Of a stretch of DNA of 26,380 bases, positions 7,599 to 16,179 are shown piece by piece (the first letter of the stretch is position 1; every line of letters begins with the position of its first letter). The notes under the pieces are model-generated. The model did not search any database, was not told the DNA's origin, and worked only from the letters and a program-made list of their open reading frames with translations. The position numbers and the translations under genes are program-made. Source of the stretch: a virus (Duplodnaviria > Caudoviricetes). The stretch spans positions 1 to 26,380 of IMG/VR virus record IMGVR_UViG_3300017747_001237; one strand, given 5' to 3'.

Positions 7599-7632
7599 TC
7601 CCTGAGTCCTTGCGGCTCAAAGTTGAAGGGAA
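7598..7632 (-). promoter_or_regulatory. Possible RBS-occluding hairpin upstream of the tail fibre gene
   Basis: mRNA UUCCC-UUCAACUU-UGAGCC-GCAA-GGACUCA-GGGAAUG: GNRA-capped stem with an extension pairing the GGGA RBS. Confidence 0.35.
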
Positions 7633-7653
7633 CGCGGATACTTGGGAGGGGTG

Positions 7654-9960
7654 TTATTCTGACGTGGTGCTTTGAACGGCCAAGCCGCGCGGCGCTTGCA
7701 TCAGGTCGCGGATGACACGCTCAATCGCCTGACTGCGTTGACCGTTCAGCCGTTGACGCTGCGAAAACCGGATGAGAGCGCCAACGATAGCGTCACGATC
7801 TGCGCCTTGCGCAACCAGCATGCGGGCGGCGTCGGCTTGCTCGCGAACAAGCCGCTCGTTAACGGCGCCATTTCGGATCGAATTGACGATGCGGTGAGCC
7901 AACGCCATCGCTTGGCCCTGCAGCGACGACTTAATCAACTCAGCCCTCGCCTCCGCACCACCGTCAGGCGCCGGCCACTTCTTGGCCGCTGCATTCATGG
8001 TCGATGTGATCGAGTTAGCCGTGGCGTCGTTCTGAGTGCGCGCAAATGTCGACTCAGCGTCCAATCGGCGGGTAATGTTCTGCGCTGCGCGCGGGCCTGC
8101 AATCAGCTCCAATTTCTCGCGGGCATTGTCGGAGCCGAGAGCGCGGCGCACCGCGTTGTCTCCGGTCGAGCCCTGAGCCGAAGAAGCGTTGCCCGCAATC
8201 TGGCGAACCTGATCTCGGGCGGCAATGTCGTAAGCGGCTTGCTGGTTGAAACCCAGTCGGCCACGGTCGACGCGCATCTGATCCGGAGACAGGTTGCGGC
8301 TGAAGGCGCCGCGCCCCATGTCCACCGCTTCCTCAAATTGCTTCGAATTGCCAGCAAGACGGCGCGCCTGCGCCCATGGGCTTTGCGCTCTGGTTTGCGG
8401 CGTGCCGCCTGGGCTTAGGATGTCATCGGTTGCGTTTCTGATGTTTCGGGACAGATCGCGAGAGATGCGCTGCAGGTTTGACCCAGGTTCGGCACCGCTA
8501 GCAATGTCGTCGACAGCCCGCTTGACAAGGTCAATACCGCGACCAGTGTTCATCACGTTCTGAAGGTTTACGCCTTCCATTTCCGCAAGCTGTGCGGCTC
8601 GCTGCCAAGCTGATTGCGGAACACGCTGCAGCGCCGTCACAAGTTCTTGCGTGTAGGGGATCGGCGTCTGGTAAAACTCATCATAGAAGGGCCGCGCTTG
8701 CGCGTAGGCCGTCTGGCGAATCTGCTCAACCGTTTGCGGGACGGGTAATGGCGCTCCAATTCCGTCGTCGAGCTCGGCGGTTATGCGCCCTTGCGAGCCC
8801 TGCCGACGTGCATCGAGCGCATTGATGACGGTGCTGCGAGCCTCGCCAGGATTGCGCGCTAGGCGGGCGGCATCCATGCGGAGATTATCGCCCATGTCGG
8901 CAAGCATGCCTTCGGGGCCAAGCTCCGCGCGCCGTTGAGCGTAGGCGGCAGGAACTCCGTCTTGCTCCATGGAGCCCGCAACCTTCGTCACCGCGCGGCG
9001 ATCCATTCCAGCAACAGGAACGCCGGGGCGGTTCATATATCGCGCAAGAGAGTTGATTGGCCCCGTGACAGCGTTTTGAACCACGGGAATTGCAGAGCCA
9101 AGCGCGCCACCCGTCAATGTGCCAACTGCGCTGTTGACTGCACGATCTCCAAGGGTGTCGCCCTCACCGGCTCCGTATAGGCCACCATACGCAGCGCCTG
9201 TGGCTGTCGCGTTGACGGTGCGCGGGATCAATGACGCTCCTTGCATGAGGGTAAGGCCAGGGAACGCGCGCGTTGAAGCCAAGCCACCTGCCAGCTTTTC
9301 AAGTCCCGATGTCGTCACCGGAAGATCGCCTAGCGGCGTTGGCACCGTGGCAAGCGTCGATGCTTCAGAGTCGCGCGCCTCGTCTTTGGCCCGCTCATAA
9401 GCAAGCTGCTCGTCATACGGGACGCCAACGAGGTTATAGGCTGCCGCGTTGGCTTCATCGAGCCAGGAGCCGACCGGCGTGCCTCGCGCCAACGTTCTGA
9501 CGCGGTCGTCGATCCATGTGTTGACGGCTTTCATGCCGCCCTGGGAGCGCTCTTCCTTGACCTTTGCGTCAGCCCATTCTTTGAGCACCTTCTTGCGGAT
9601 GTCAGGCGGGGCGCCGTCAAGGATTTTGCGGATTTCCTCGCGGGACGGAACGCCGCGAGGCGCTTCAAGCGCTGGCGATCCGTCCGGCTTGGCAAACCTG
9701 CCGGCTCCCGGTGCCGTTGGCTCTTCAGCCATGCCCGTTGCTGTGGCATCGGCCCCTGGCATAGCGGCGGGTGGCGCCAAGCTGCGACCCGGCGTGCGCT
9801 GGCGAGCCGGAGCATCCATTGGCCGCTCGACGGGGCCGGGGCGTGGAATTGGCGCGGGCCGCTGAATAGGCGATTGGGCCTCAACGCGAAAGTCTGCCCA
9901 GGGATCGGCGGCTGGCGCTTGCTGCGCCTGAATACGAAAGTCTGCCCAGGGGTCAGCCAT
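7654..9960 (-). CDS. Large internal virion/ejection protein (positional equivalent of P22 gp16)
   Basis: 768 aa, third of three genes after the tail hub. N-terminal ADPWADF repeats, Gly/Ala-rich hydrophobic stretch (GAAYGGLYGAGEG...GTLTGGALG), helical C-terminus. TAATG-coupled. Confidence 0.7.
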   Translation of the reverse strand: MADPWADFRIQAQQAPAADPWADFRVEAQSPIQRPAPIPRPGPVERPMDAPARQRTPGRSLAPPAAMPGADATATGMAEEPTAPGAGRFAKPDGSPALEAPRGVPSREEIRKILDGAPPDIRKKVLKEWADAKVKEERSQGGMKAVNTWIDDRVRTLARGTPVGSWLDEANAAAYNLVGVPYDEQLAYERAKDEARDSEASTLATVPTPLGDLPVTTSGLEKLAGGLASTRAFPGLTLMQGASLIPRTVNATATGAAYGGLYGAGEGDTLGDRAVNSAVGTLTGGALGSAIPVVQNAVTGPINSLARYMNRPGVPVAGMDRRAVTKVAGSMEQDGVPAAYAQRRAELGPEGMLADMGDNLRMDAARLARNPGEARSTVINALDARRQGSQGRITAELDDGIGAPLPVPQTVEQIRQTAYAQARPFYDEFYQTPIPYTQELVTALQRVPQSAWQRAAQLAEMEGVNLQNVMNTGRGIDLVKRAVDDIASGAEPGSNLQRISRDLSRNIRNATDDILSPGGTPQTRAQSPWAQARRLAGNSKQFEEAVDMGRGAFSRNLSPDQMRVDRGRLGFNQQAAYDIAARDQVRQIAGNASSAQGSTGDNAVRRALGSDNAREKLELIAGPRAAQNITRRLDAESTFARTQNDATANSITSTMNAAAKKWPAPDGGAEARAELIKSSLQGQAMALAHRIVNSIRNGAVNERLVREQADAARMLVAQGADRDAIVGALIRFSQRQRLNGQRSQAIERVIRDLMQAPRGLAVQSTTSE
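9887..9957 (-). repeat. Direct repeat, 2 x 23 bp (21/23 identical, 48-bp period), encoding ADPWADFR
   Basis: cgaaagtctgcccagggatcggc (9887-9909) and cgaaagtctgcccaggggtcagc (9935-9957). Confidence 0.9.
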
Positions 9961-11084
9961 TATGGAACTCTCCCAAGTGACCCGTCAGGCAGGATGATCG
10001 TCGTGCCGCTTGGCAGCTTGCGCGCATCTTCAGGCGTGCGCACGCGTACGGCCCTTTCTGGTTGCGGCCCACCCGCTTGCGCAGCCGGCGCGGCCTGAGT
10101 TGTCGGCGCAGTTTGCTGGCCAACAGCCTGCCGCCAGATTGAATGCGGATCGGGTAGGGATTCAATTTCGATCTCGGCTTGATCGCGCGTGATCTTGCCC
10201 AGCATCGCTTTCTTGGCGATCTTGGCTTGCGCGTCCGAATACTGCGCAACGGCGCGCAAATGCTGAATAAGCATCTGCCGTCCAGGGACAGTCTGAACGA
10301 TCTGAGGCAACGAGTTGATGTACTGTTGCAAGTCGAAATCGGACGTTGCGCCAGATCCAGGAGGGCGCAGATTGGGCGCCATCTTGCTGACCAGAGACGA
10401 AAACAATTCGATCTCGGACATATTTTTGGGGTCGAGCCCCATCGCCTTTAACGTCGGCCCGAACTTGGCGGCGATTTGCGTTTTAGCGTTCGGCGCTCCA
10501 ATGACGGTGCTGAGGTCTTCAAGCCGCTTCAGGTTAAACATCTGCTCTGGGATCGTGTCGCCATGCTTGGCAATAGCCACATAGCGCTCTGCGGTGCCTT
10601 CTGCCGCCTTTTCGTTGAACTTTTTTTGCCCAGGCCCTGATGCGTTGGGAACCTCAAGGAAGCGAACGCCACCCGGCGCACTGGGGTCGACGGCATAGGG
10701 GATATCGCCCTCTTTGATCGTTCCGAACTTCTGCGATTCAAGCGCCTTGCGCTTGGCCGCAAGTTCGAGCGGATGCATTTCGCCCTTAAAGCCGTATTCT
10801 TGCTCAGCAGAGCGCAAGGCTTGATTCTGCGCGCTGATGCCGCCCTGCATTTGCTGCCGCTGCAACGGGAACAGCTCTTGCGCGCGGGTTGCCGCCGCCC
10901 GGTCAAAGCCCAGCCGCTCGCCCTCAAAGCCGAGGCGCTGCTCGTCCATGCCCATCTGGCGCTGCTTAAATTCGTTCTCGCGCTGGAGTTGCTGCTGTTG
11001 GAAGTAGCGACCCAGGCCCTGGTTGATGGGCTCAAAGTCAAGCTGGCCCTGCAGCCCCATCAAGTATTGAGGAAGGCTTGGCAT
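9960..11084 (-). CDS. Internal virion/ejection protein (positional equivalent of P22 gp20)
   Basis: Likely start MPSLPQY at 11084 with GAGGG RBS. Gln-rich helical N-terminus, PGSGATSDFD motif, C-terminal TPEDARKLPSGT.I..PDG. Confidence 0.7.
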   Translation of the reverse strand: MPSLPQYLMGLQGQLDFEPINQGLGRYFQQQQLQRENEFKQRQMGMDEQRLGFEGERLGFDRAAATRAQELFPLQRQQMQGGISAQNQALRSAEQEYGFKGEMHPLELAAKRKALESQKFGTIKEGDIPYAVDPSAPGGVRFLEVPNASGPGQKKFNEKAAEGTAERYVAIAKHGDTIPEQMFNLKRLEDLSTVIGAPNAKTQIAAKFGPTLKAMGLDPKNMSEIELFSSLVSKMAPNLRPPGSGATSDFDLQQYINSLPQIVQTVPGRQMLIQHLRAVAQYSDAQAKIAKKAMLGKITRDQAEIEIESLPDPHSIWRQAVGQQTAPTTQAAPAAQAGGPQPERAVRVRTPEDARKLPSGTTIILPDGSLGRVP

Positions 11085-11085
11085 G

Positions 11086-11823
11086 TCAGACCCTCGCTCC
11101 GTAGCCGTTGAGGTAGCCCTGCAGCGAGTTGATTCCGCCGTTCTTGCCGTCGTCTTGCTCTTGCGGACGCATGCCCATCGGCATGCCCGTGTAGGCAGAG
11201 ATTGCCATTCCCCCAAGCTTGATCAGGTTGTTCGGCAAGATGCTGTCAGCAGCGCTTCTGGCGTTGTTGTATTGGATCGCGTTCCCGGCCTGGGCCTGAC
11301 CCAGCCCCATCCGCATCTGGCCGAGGTTGTTTCCAAGGCTGCTGTCCATGCCGGCCATGGCCGATGACGCGCCGTATCCCTGTTGTCCCATGCCGGCCAA
11401 GCGGTTGAGATACGCCTCATAGTCCTGGCTTCCACGGTCGAGCATGGCGCGGCTCATGGCGAGCCGGCTGTTGCCGCTGTCGAGCATGCCCATTTGATTA
11501 TAGCGCCGTGACATCGCCCGGGTGGCCATGTCCTCGTTGTGCTGCCGGAACGGGTCTTGGCCCGCATACTCAGCCAGTGCGCCACGTTGGGCGTCGGCGC
11601 CGTTCAGTCCGAGATAGGTGCCGTAGCGCTGATTAGCCTGCCCGCCCTGTTGGGCGTAGGGCTGTAGGTAGCCCCTAGCCTGCGTGTTGTACCGCTCCAT
11701 CTGCTCGCGGCCCTGGTCGTAGCCGCCCTGAAGCGCCGCTGAAGACTGCTGATAGGCTTGGTCGGCGTATTTCTTTTGGTTGGCACCCGTGAAGCTGCCA
11801 AACAGAGAACCGAGTGAGGGCAT
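11086..11823 (-). CDS. DNA pilot/ejection protein (P22 gp7-like)
   Basis: LQPYAQQGGQA...Y...LGLNG.DAQ..A, SGN...AM......G.QDY..YLNRLAGM...G..A. Gly/Gln/Ala-rich. GGAGG RBS. Confidence 0.75.
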   Translation of the reverse strand: MPSLGSLFGSFTGANQKKYADQAYQQSSAALQGGYDQGREQMERYNTQARGYLQPYAQQGGQANQRYGTYLGLNGADAQRGALAEYAGQDPFRQHNEDMATRAMSRRYNQMGMLDSGNSRLAMSRAMLDRGSQDYEAYLNRLAGMGQQGYGASSAMAGMDSSLGNNLGQMRMGLGQAQAGNAIQYNNARSAADSILPNNLIKLGGMAISAYTGMPMGMRPQEQDDGKNGGINSLQGYLNGYGARV

Positions 11824-11826
11824 GGC

Positions 11827-12573
11827 TTAGGCCTCCAAGATGGGCGGGCCATCGCTCGTGTAGTTGGACGAGTCGATGTTGTTGAGTGCGTGGTCATGCG
11901 TTGACCCGGCGTCGTTGCCGAGGTCGTTTGCATCACTGAAATCGAAGAAAAACCCATTGTTGCCGTAGGTCGGCGCGGGGTTGGGCTTTGCCTTCCAGAC
12001 CCCACCGTCAAGCGCGCCGAAATCACTGACACTCGCTGTTGTTGTGTCCATCCAGTGATACCGGGCAATTTTGCCGCCGAAACAGTCACCGCTCACCTGA
12101 TCGCGGCCGATCTGATGCGCCAGCGTGAGGCCAATGGAAGACGTTCCGTCGTAAGCGGTCGAGACTGTCTTAAGCGTCTCAGTCCCGTTGACCCAGAACC
12201 GCACCCGCTCGCCGCTCGCCGCGGAAAAGTTCACCACGACAAACACATGGAACCACGTGTTTGCCACAAGGGCCGCCGTGGTCGAAGTGACGAGGCATTT
12301 GGTGGAAAGCCCAGGAGACGCGCGCTCGTGGTAGACAATCTGATTGCTCGAGTTGATGTAGATCCGCCCATCCGAGACCGACTGAGCCGAACTCATGATG
12401 GGGTCGTTACTGGCGGCAGTCGTGCGGTAAACCCAAACTGACCAAGCCCGCGTGCTGGCCGGAAAGCTGCTCACCGATGGCGTGCGGCTCAGATACTCGT
12501 CGGTGCCGTTCAAGATTAACGCCGGCGCCTGCCGCCCGCTGGCGAAGTGCCCGGTTGGGTAAATCAGCGGCAT
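11827..12573 (-). CDS. LamG/concanavalin A-like lectin domain protein (putative receptor-binding tip)
   Basis: LNGTDEYLSRTP, WSVWVYR, NTWFHVFVVV, VRFWVNG, HQIGR...FGGKIA, DFG.....WK.K...YGNNGF.FDF.D...LGND. TAATG-coupled to the upstream gene. Confidence 0.8.
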   Translation of the reverse strand: MPLIYPTGHFASGRQAPALILNGTDEYLSRTPSVSSFPASTRAWSVWVYRTTAASNDPIMSSAQSVSDGRIYINSSNQIVYHERASPGLSTKCLVTSTTAALVANTWFHVFVVVNFSAASGERVRFWVNGTETLKTVSTAYDGTSSIGLTLAHQIGRDQVSGDCFGGKIARYHWMDTTTASVSDFGALDGGVWKAKPNPAPTYGNNGFFFDFSDANDLGNDAGSTHDHALNNIDSSNYTSDGPPILEA

Positions 12574-13130
12574 TAGCCAAACGCCTTCACGGCAACGCCA
12601 TACATGCTTGACCCGTCGCTGATGAACGTCAGCAGGTCAATGGAGCTCGCCGCCGTGGTGAGCGTCGGAGCCGTGGCCGATGGCCACTTGTATGCCGAGC
12701 CATAGCCAAGCGTCCGTGAGCCGGTTCCGTCCTGCCGCACGATCAACTGATAGGTGCCGCCGTTTCGCATGTTGGTCGGATTGGCCAGCGTGCGATTGTC
12801 GGTCAGCGTTACCGTGGCCACCTGCCCGGTATTGAGGTCCCACGCAATGCTGGCCGCATCCGTCAAGGTAGCCATGGCGAAATACTGTTGCCCGGACCAC
12901 GCGTTGACGCCGTTGAGGAGCGGTACTTTTTCACCTGACGTGCCTGTGTCTTCCGTTGCCGCCGTGCCAAACGTAGGCAGCCCGCCAACGTCGCCAGACA
13001 GCGCCGTCAGGGTGCTGTTCAGGCTGTTGAGCAATTTGGTGGCGTCAAAGAACCACCGATACCACGGCTCGCGAAACCGCCCTTGCTCAAGTGTCCCGGA
13101 TTCATGCGCGGGCGGTAGGGTCAGCGTCAT
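12573..13130 (-). CDS. Tail needle/short fibre-like protein
   Basis: Follows the gp10-like gene. N-terminal PWYRWF plus short coiled coil; C-terminal LTDAASIAWDL...ATVTLT.NRTLANPTN...G.TY.LIVRQDGTGSRTL...YKWP..TAPTLTT fibre module. Confidence 0.65.
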   Translation of the reverse strand: MTLTLPPAHESGTLEQGRFREPWYRWFFDATKLLNSLNSTLTALSGDVGGLPTFGTAATEDTGTSGEKVPLLNGVNAWSGQQYFAMATLTDAASIAWDLNTGQVATVTLTDNRTLANPTNMRNGGTYQLIVRQDGTGSRTLGYGSAYKWPSATAPTLTTAASSIDLLTFISDGSSMYGVAVKAFG

Positions 13131-14572
13131 GCGGCTATCTTGGCCCCATCAGCCGCGATGCTCATGAACGTTTTCACCACCTTTGCCGAGGCAGAAAACT
13201 TGTAGCTGATGCCGCGATGATCCGACGTCCCAAGCCCATGCCAGGCAAGCCGCTTGTTGCTGTTGCCCTGCCGGCCAAGCGCGCGGCTTAATTCCGTCCC
13301 CCATGTCTCGCCGTCTCGGCTCATGGCCATCGACACGACGGGGTCAAGATCAGCCGGCGTCGTGGTGTTGAGTCCGACCCCGGTGACGCAATCCAAATAC
13401 AAAGCATTGACCTCAATCTGATCGGGAAAGGCATGCACGGGCGGGGTTTGCACCGTCATGACAAGCTGCGTGCCGGCTTCGTCGTTGGCGTTCGGGTCGA
13501 CAAAGTAAAGATTGGGCGAGCTTCGATGGCCGCCAACCACGCGCCCGCCAAGCACCATCGTCGTGCCAATGTTCCAATGCCCTTGGCCATAGCTCTGACG
13601 TTCGTGCCACAGGCTCGTGGCCGTGTCGTAAACCCACGTCGTCACGCCTGGGATGGTCCAAGCCATGTAAGCGTGGCCGGCGTCGGTCCAGCTCATGCCG
13701 GTGATGGTCGTTGGATCTGCGCAGTCGCGCATGTCCCGGTCAACGTCGTGATGGCTGATTTTGCGCGCCGTGTAGCCATCGAGAATGACAATCCCCGCAT
13801 AAGCGCCGTCACGATCCGTCGCCGCCCAGGCAATGGCGTCCGTGACCAGATCGGGCCGAATGATCGGAGCGGAAACGACAGAAGCGGCAGACCAGCAGCC
13901 GACGCGGCTTGACTGTGAACGCTGGAACGGAAACCCGTCATTGCTGCCCGTGTAGTCCCAAACCTCAAACGACCGTTGACCAAAGGCAATCACGCTGGTT
14001 CCACGTGAAACCGCCCTGAGCAGCCCGTCCGGGTCCGACTGCGCCGCCGTCACGTCCAGGCCATCCCAGCCGGTGGCGTCGTTGATCTCGCTTGATCTCA
14101 GATACCCATCCGGGGACGACGTAACAAAGTGATTGGCCACGGAGCAGACCGAGTTGGGCGAGCCGAAGTCTGTGTCCGTGATGTCGACGACAGAGCCGCC
14201 CTGGATAAACTTCCCCAGCCCATCGCACACGATCATTGTTTGCGCGCCGGCTGATCGCGCGTTGCGCGCCATAGTGACGAGCCCGTCAGATGGCATGCCA
14301 CCAAAAACCGTGCTTGTGCCGCCCGCTTCGAACTGATGCACGACGCGGCCGCACACCGCATAGCCGATCCCGTCGACCTCCAGCATAGCGCGGATGCCAC
14401 CGGAGCCTGACAGCGTGCCGAGCGTGGTCAGCCCAGCCACAGCATGTGTCGCGACCTTAACCCTTTGCTCGTCGCCTACGACTTCAGCGCGGCAGTTGAT
14501 CAGCCGAGCGATGCCCTCAAGGGGGGATTTGCCCTTGTTGCTTTGCGTGCCGAGGGCGATGGGAAACCTCAT
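13127..14572 (-). CDS. Tail hub / packaged-DNA stabilization protein (P22 gp10-like)
   Basis: 481 aa with beta-propeller-like patterning: A.SDPD.L..., FG..S.EVW..TG...FPF.R, TWVYD.AT.LWHERQS, S.DG.TW...R.LG.QG....R..W..LG. Confidence 0.85.
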   Translation of the reverse strand: MRFPIALGTQSNKGKSPLEGIARLINCRAEVVGDEQRVKVATHAVAGLTTLGTLSGSGGIRAMLEVDGIGYAVCGRVVHQFEAGGTSTVFGGMPSDGLVTMARNARSAGAQTMIVCDGLGKFIQGGSVVDITDTDFGSPNSVCSVANHFVTSSPDGYLRSSEINDATGWDGLDVTAAQSDPDGLLRAVSRGTSVIAFGQRSFEVWDYTGSNDGFPFQRSQSSRVGCWSAASVVSAPIIRPDLVTDAIAWAATDRDGAYAGIVILDGYTARKISHHDVDRDMRDCADPTTITGMSWTDAGHAYMAWTIPGVTTWVYDTATSLWHERQSYGQGHWNIGTTMVLGGRVVGGHRSSPNLYFVDPNANDEAGTQLVMTVQTPPVHAFPDQIEVNALYLDCVTGVGLNTTTPADLDPVVSMAMSRDGETWGTELSRALGRQGNSNKRLAWHGLGTSDHRGISYKFSASAKVVKTFMSIAADGAKIAA

Positions 14573-15240
14573 CGGCGCATATCCGGAACAAAGCGCACGT
14601 AGTCTTCACGGTCCATGGCTTTGGCCGTAGCTACCGATGCCTGAGCGCGAGCCGTCAGCCGGTCGTCTGACTTGCCATAGAAGCCTTGCAGCCTGTCGGC
14701 CAGCGCCAGCGACACGACATCCAGCCACTCTTGCGGGATGTCCAAATCTTCGTCCGCACTGGCCACGTCCTCAAACACGCGGCTGTAGGTGTATTTCAGG
14801 GTTTCCGTCGTGACGGCAGACAGCACCGGCCAGATGTAGAGCGTTGCCGATGACCGTTGTGGGTCCATGTAGTATTGCGTCGGAATGCCTGTCGTCGTCT
14901 TGAGCGGCATCTCAAAATATTCGACGCGGGTTAGCTCCTCCATCGGCAGGTCACGACTGTTGGCGTCACGGTAGCGGCATTCGCTGATGCGATGCGGACG
15001 CGGCGACAAAACGTAGGAAGCTGTATTCGCCAGCAGAGTGACGGAGCCTTCGGTCTGCCGCCACAGATGCGGGCCGGTCAACTGCCAGCCCTTGAGCATC
15101 AGGTTTAACTCTGCGATCCCCATGGCCATGTCTTCGGCGGATGGATCGTCAAACACGGGCGTAACGCGAATGCGCCGCAGCGCATGCGTGACCACGCCGC
15201 GCGCCGTTAGGCTGTAAGTGATCGTGCCAGATGTGGCCAT
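14569..15240 (-). CDS. Head-tail adaptor (P22 gp4 / tail tubular protein A-like)
   Basis: Start MATSGT at 15240 (TGATG overlap). ALRRI.V......AED.......LNLMLK.W...G..LW, G.PTQYY.D......LYIWP, LDIPQEW.....L.LA..L. Confidence 0.75.
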   Translation of the reverse strand: MATSGTITYSLTARGVVTHALRRIRVTPVFDDPSAEDMAMGIAELNLMLKGWQLTGPHLWRQTEGSVTLLANTASYVLSPRPHRISECRYRDANSRDLPMEELTRVEYFEMPLKTTTGIPTQYYMDPQRSSATLYIWPVLSAVTTETLKYTYSRVFEDVASADEDLDIPQEWLDVVSLALADRLQGFYGKSDDRLTARAQASVATAKAMDREDYVRFVPDMRR

Positions 15241-15485
15241 CAGAGGTCGTCCGCTGTGACGTCGTTCGGATTGAGAAACACGTCGGCAGGTTCGGGGCGG
15301 GCGTCGGGGACGCGTTGGCGATCCCGTCTGCCGCGCACCGAGTCTTGCGGGTGGCGGGGCTCCCAATCCTTGAGACACACACGTCGATTATCCCAACGCA
15401 TGCGGGTGTCAGACGACCTGACTTTAAACCCGCACTCGTCGCAAAGGACGTAGTAGTCCCCTGACCTGTAGCCCTCGCCACTCAT
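15240..15485 (-). CDS. Small Cys-containing virion-module protein (Zn-ribbon-like)
   Basis: CDECGFK...WD...VCLKDWEPRHPQD...D.Q..P.ARPEP. Coupled at both ends. Confidence 0.7.
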   Translation of the reverse strand: MSGEGYRSGDYYVLCDECGFKVRSSDTRMRWDNRRVCLKDWEPRHPQDSVRGRRDRQRVPDARPEPADVFLNPNDVTADDL

Positions 15486-15757
15486 CCTGCGACCACCGTC
15501 AAATCATCCGCGCCGCTGGTCACGATGGTGAGGCCGGTCTGGAAGTTCAGATTGTACGTCACGTCATAGGGCTTCACGTCCGTGGTGTTCGTGATAAGCC
15601 CAATGACCGTGCCAGATCCGGCCGTGTTGTCGTAAATCGTGATCGTCGAGGACGCGACGGGCTTGTTAAGCGTGATGCTTTGCAACTTGCCCTTGCCGCT
15701 TTTGACGACCGTCGTCGTGGCCGTCGAGATCCGGGTGTACTTCATCCCGTCCGGCAT
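15482..15757 (-). CDS. Small beta-rich virion protein
   Basis: Start MPDGMKY at 15757 (TGATG overlap). TTTVVKSG.G.L..ITLN......ITIYDNTAGSGT.I...Y...F.TGLTIVT. Confidence 0.7.
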   Translation of the reverse strand: MPDGMKYTRISTATTTVVKSGKGKLQSITLNKPVASSTITIYDNTAGSGTVIGLITNTTDVKPYDVTYNLNFQTGLTIVTSGADDLTVVAG

Positions 15758-16167
15758 CAGACGTCCTCGACGATGTAGTGAATGTGCACGACCGTTGAGC
15801 CGCCTGATGCTGCCGACGCGCCAACCTTGCCGTACACCGGGGTTGGAACGGTCAACGCGGTGTTGCACAAGACGCCAAGCGTGCCAGCCACAAAGCCGGA
15901 CGAATTGCCGTCTGCATCAAGCTCATTGGCAAAACCGTCGTCATCAGCCACCGTGCCAACGTCAACCGTTGGGTTAGTGCCGCCCGTGCCGCCGCCCCAG
16001 GACCGAACGTCAGTCACGCGCGCTCCGGCCGGCAAGGTGCCGATCAGAACTTGAGTGGATGACGTCGAACTGAATGAGCCGCGCATAACAAGCATAGCGG
16101 AAGCAGTAGTGGCGCCCGTGTGAGCGCCACCCACGGCCACGCCGCCAGGAAAACGAGTAACCGGCAT
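15757..16167 (-). CDS. Virion structural protein downstream of the capsid gene
   Basis: Strong AAGGAGGT RBS. MPVTRFPGGV..., LPAGARV.DV...VGT..DDD.F, G...V...Y. Confidence 0.75.
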   Translation of the reverse strand: MPVTRFPGGVAVGGAHTGATTASAMLVMRGSFSSTSSTQVLIGTLPAGARVTDVRSWGGGTGGTNPTVDVGTVADDDGFANELDADGNSSGFVAGTLGVLCNTALTVPTPVYGKVGASAASGGSTVVHIHYIVEDV

Positions 16168-16179
16168 GCGTGAACCTCC

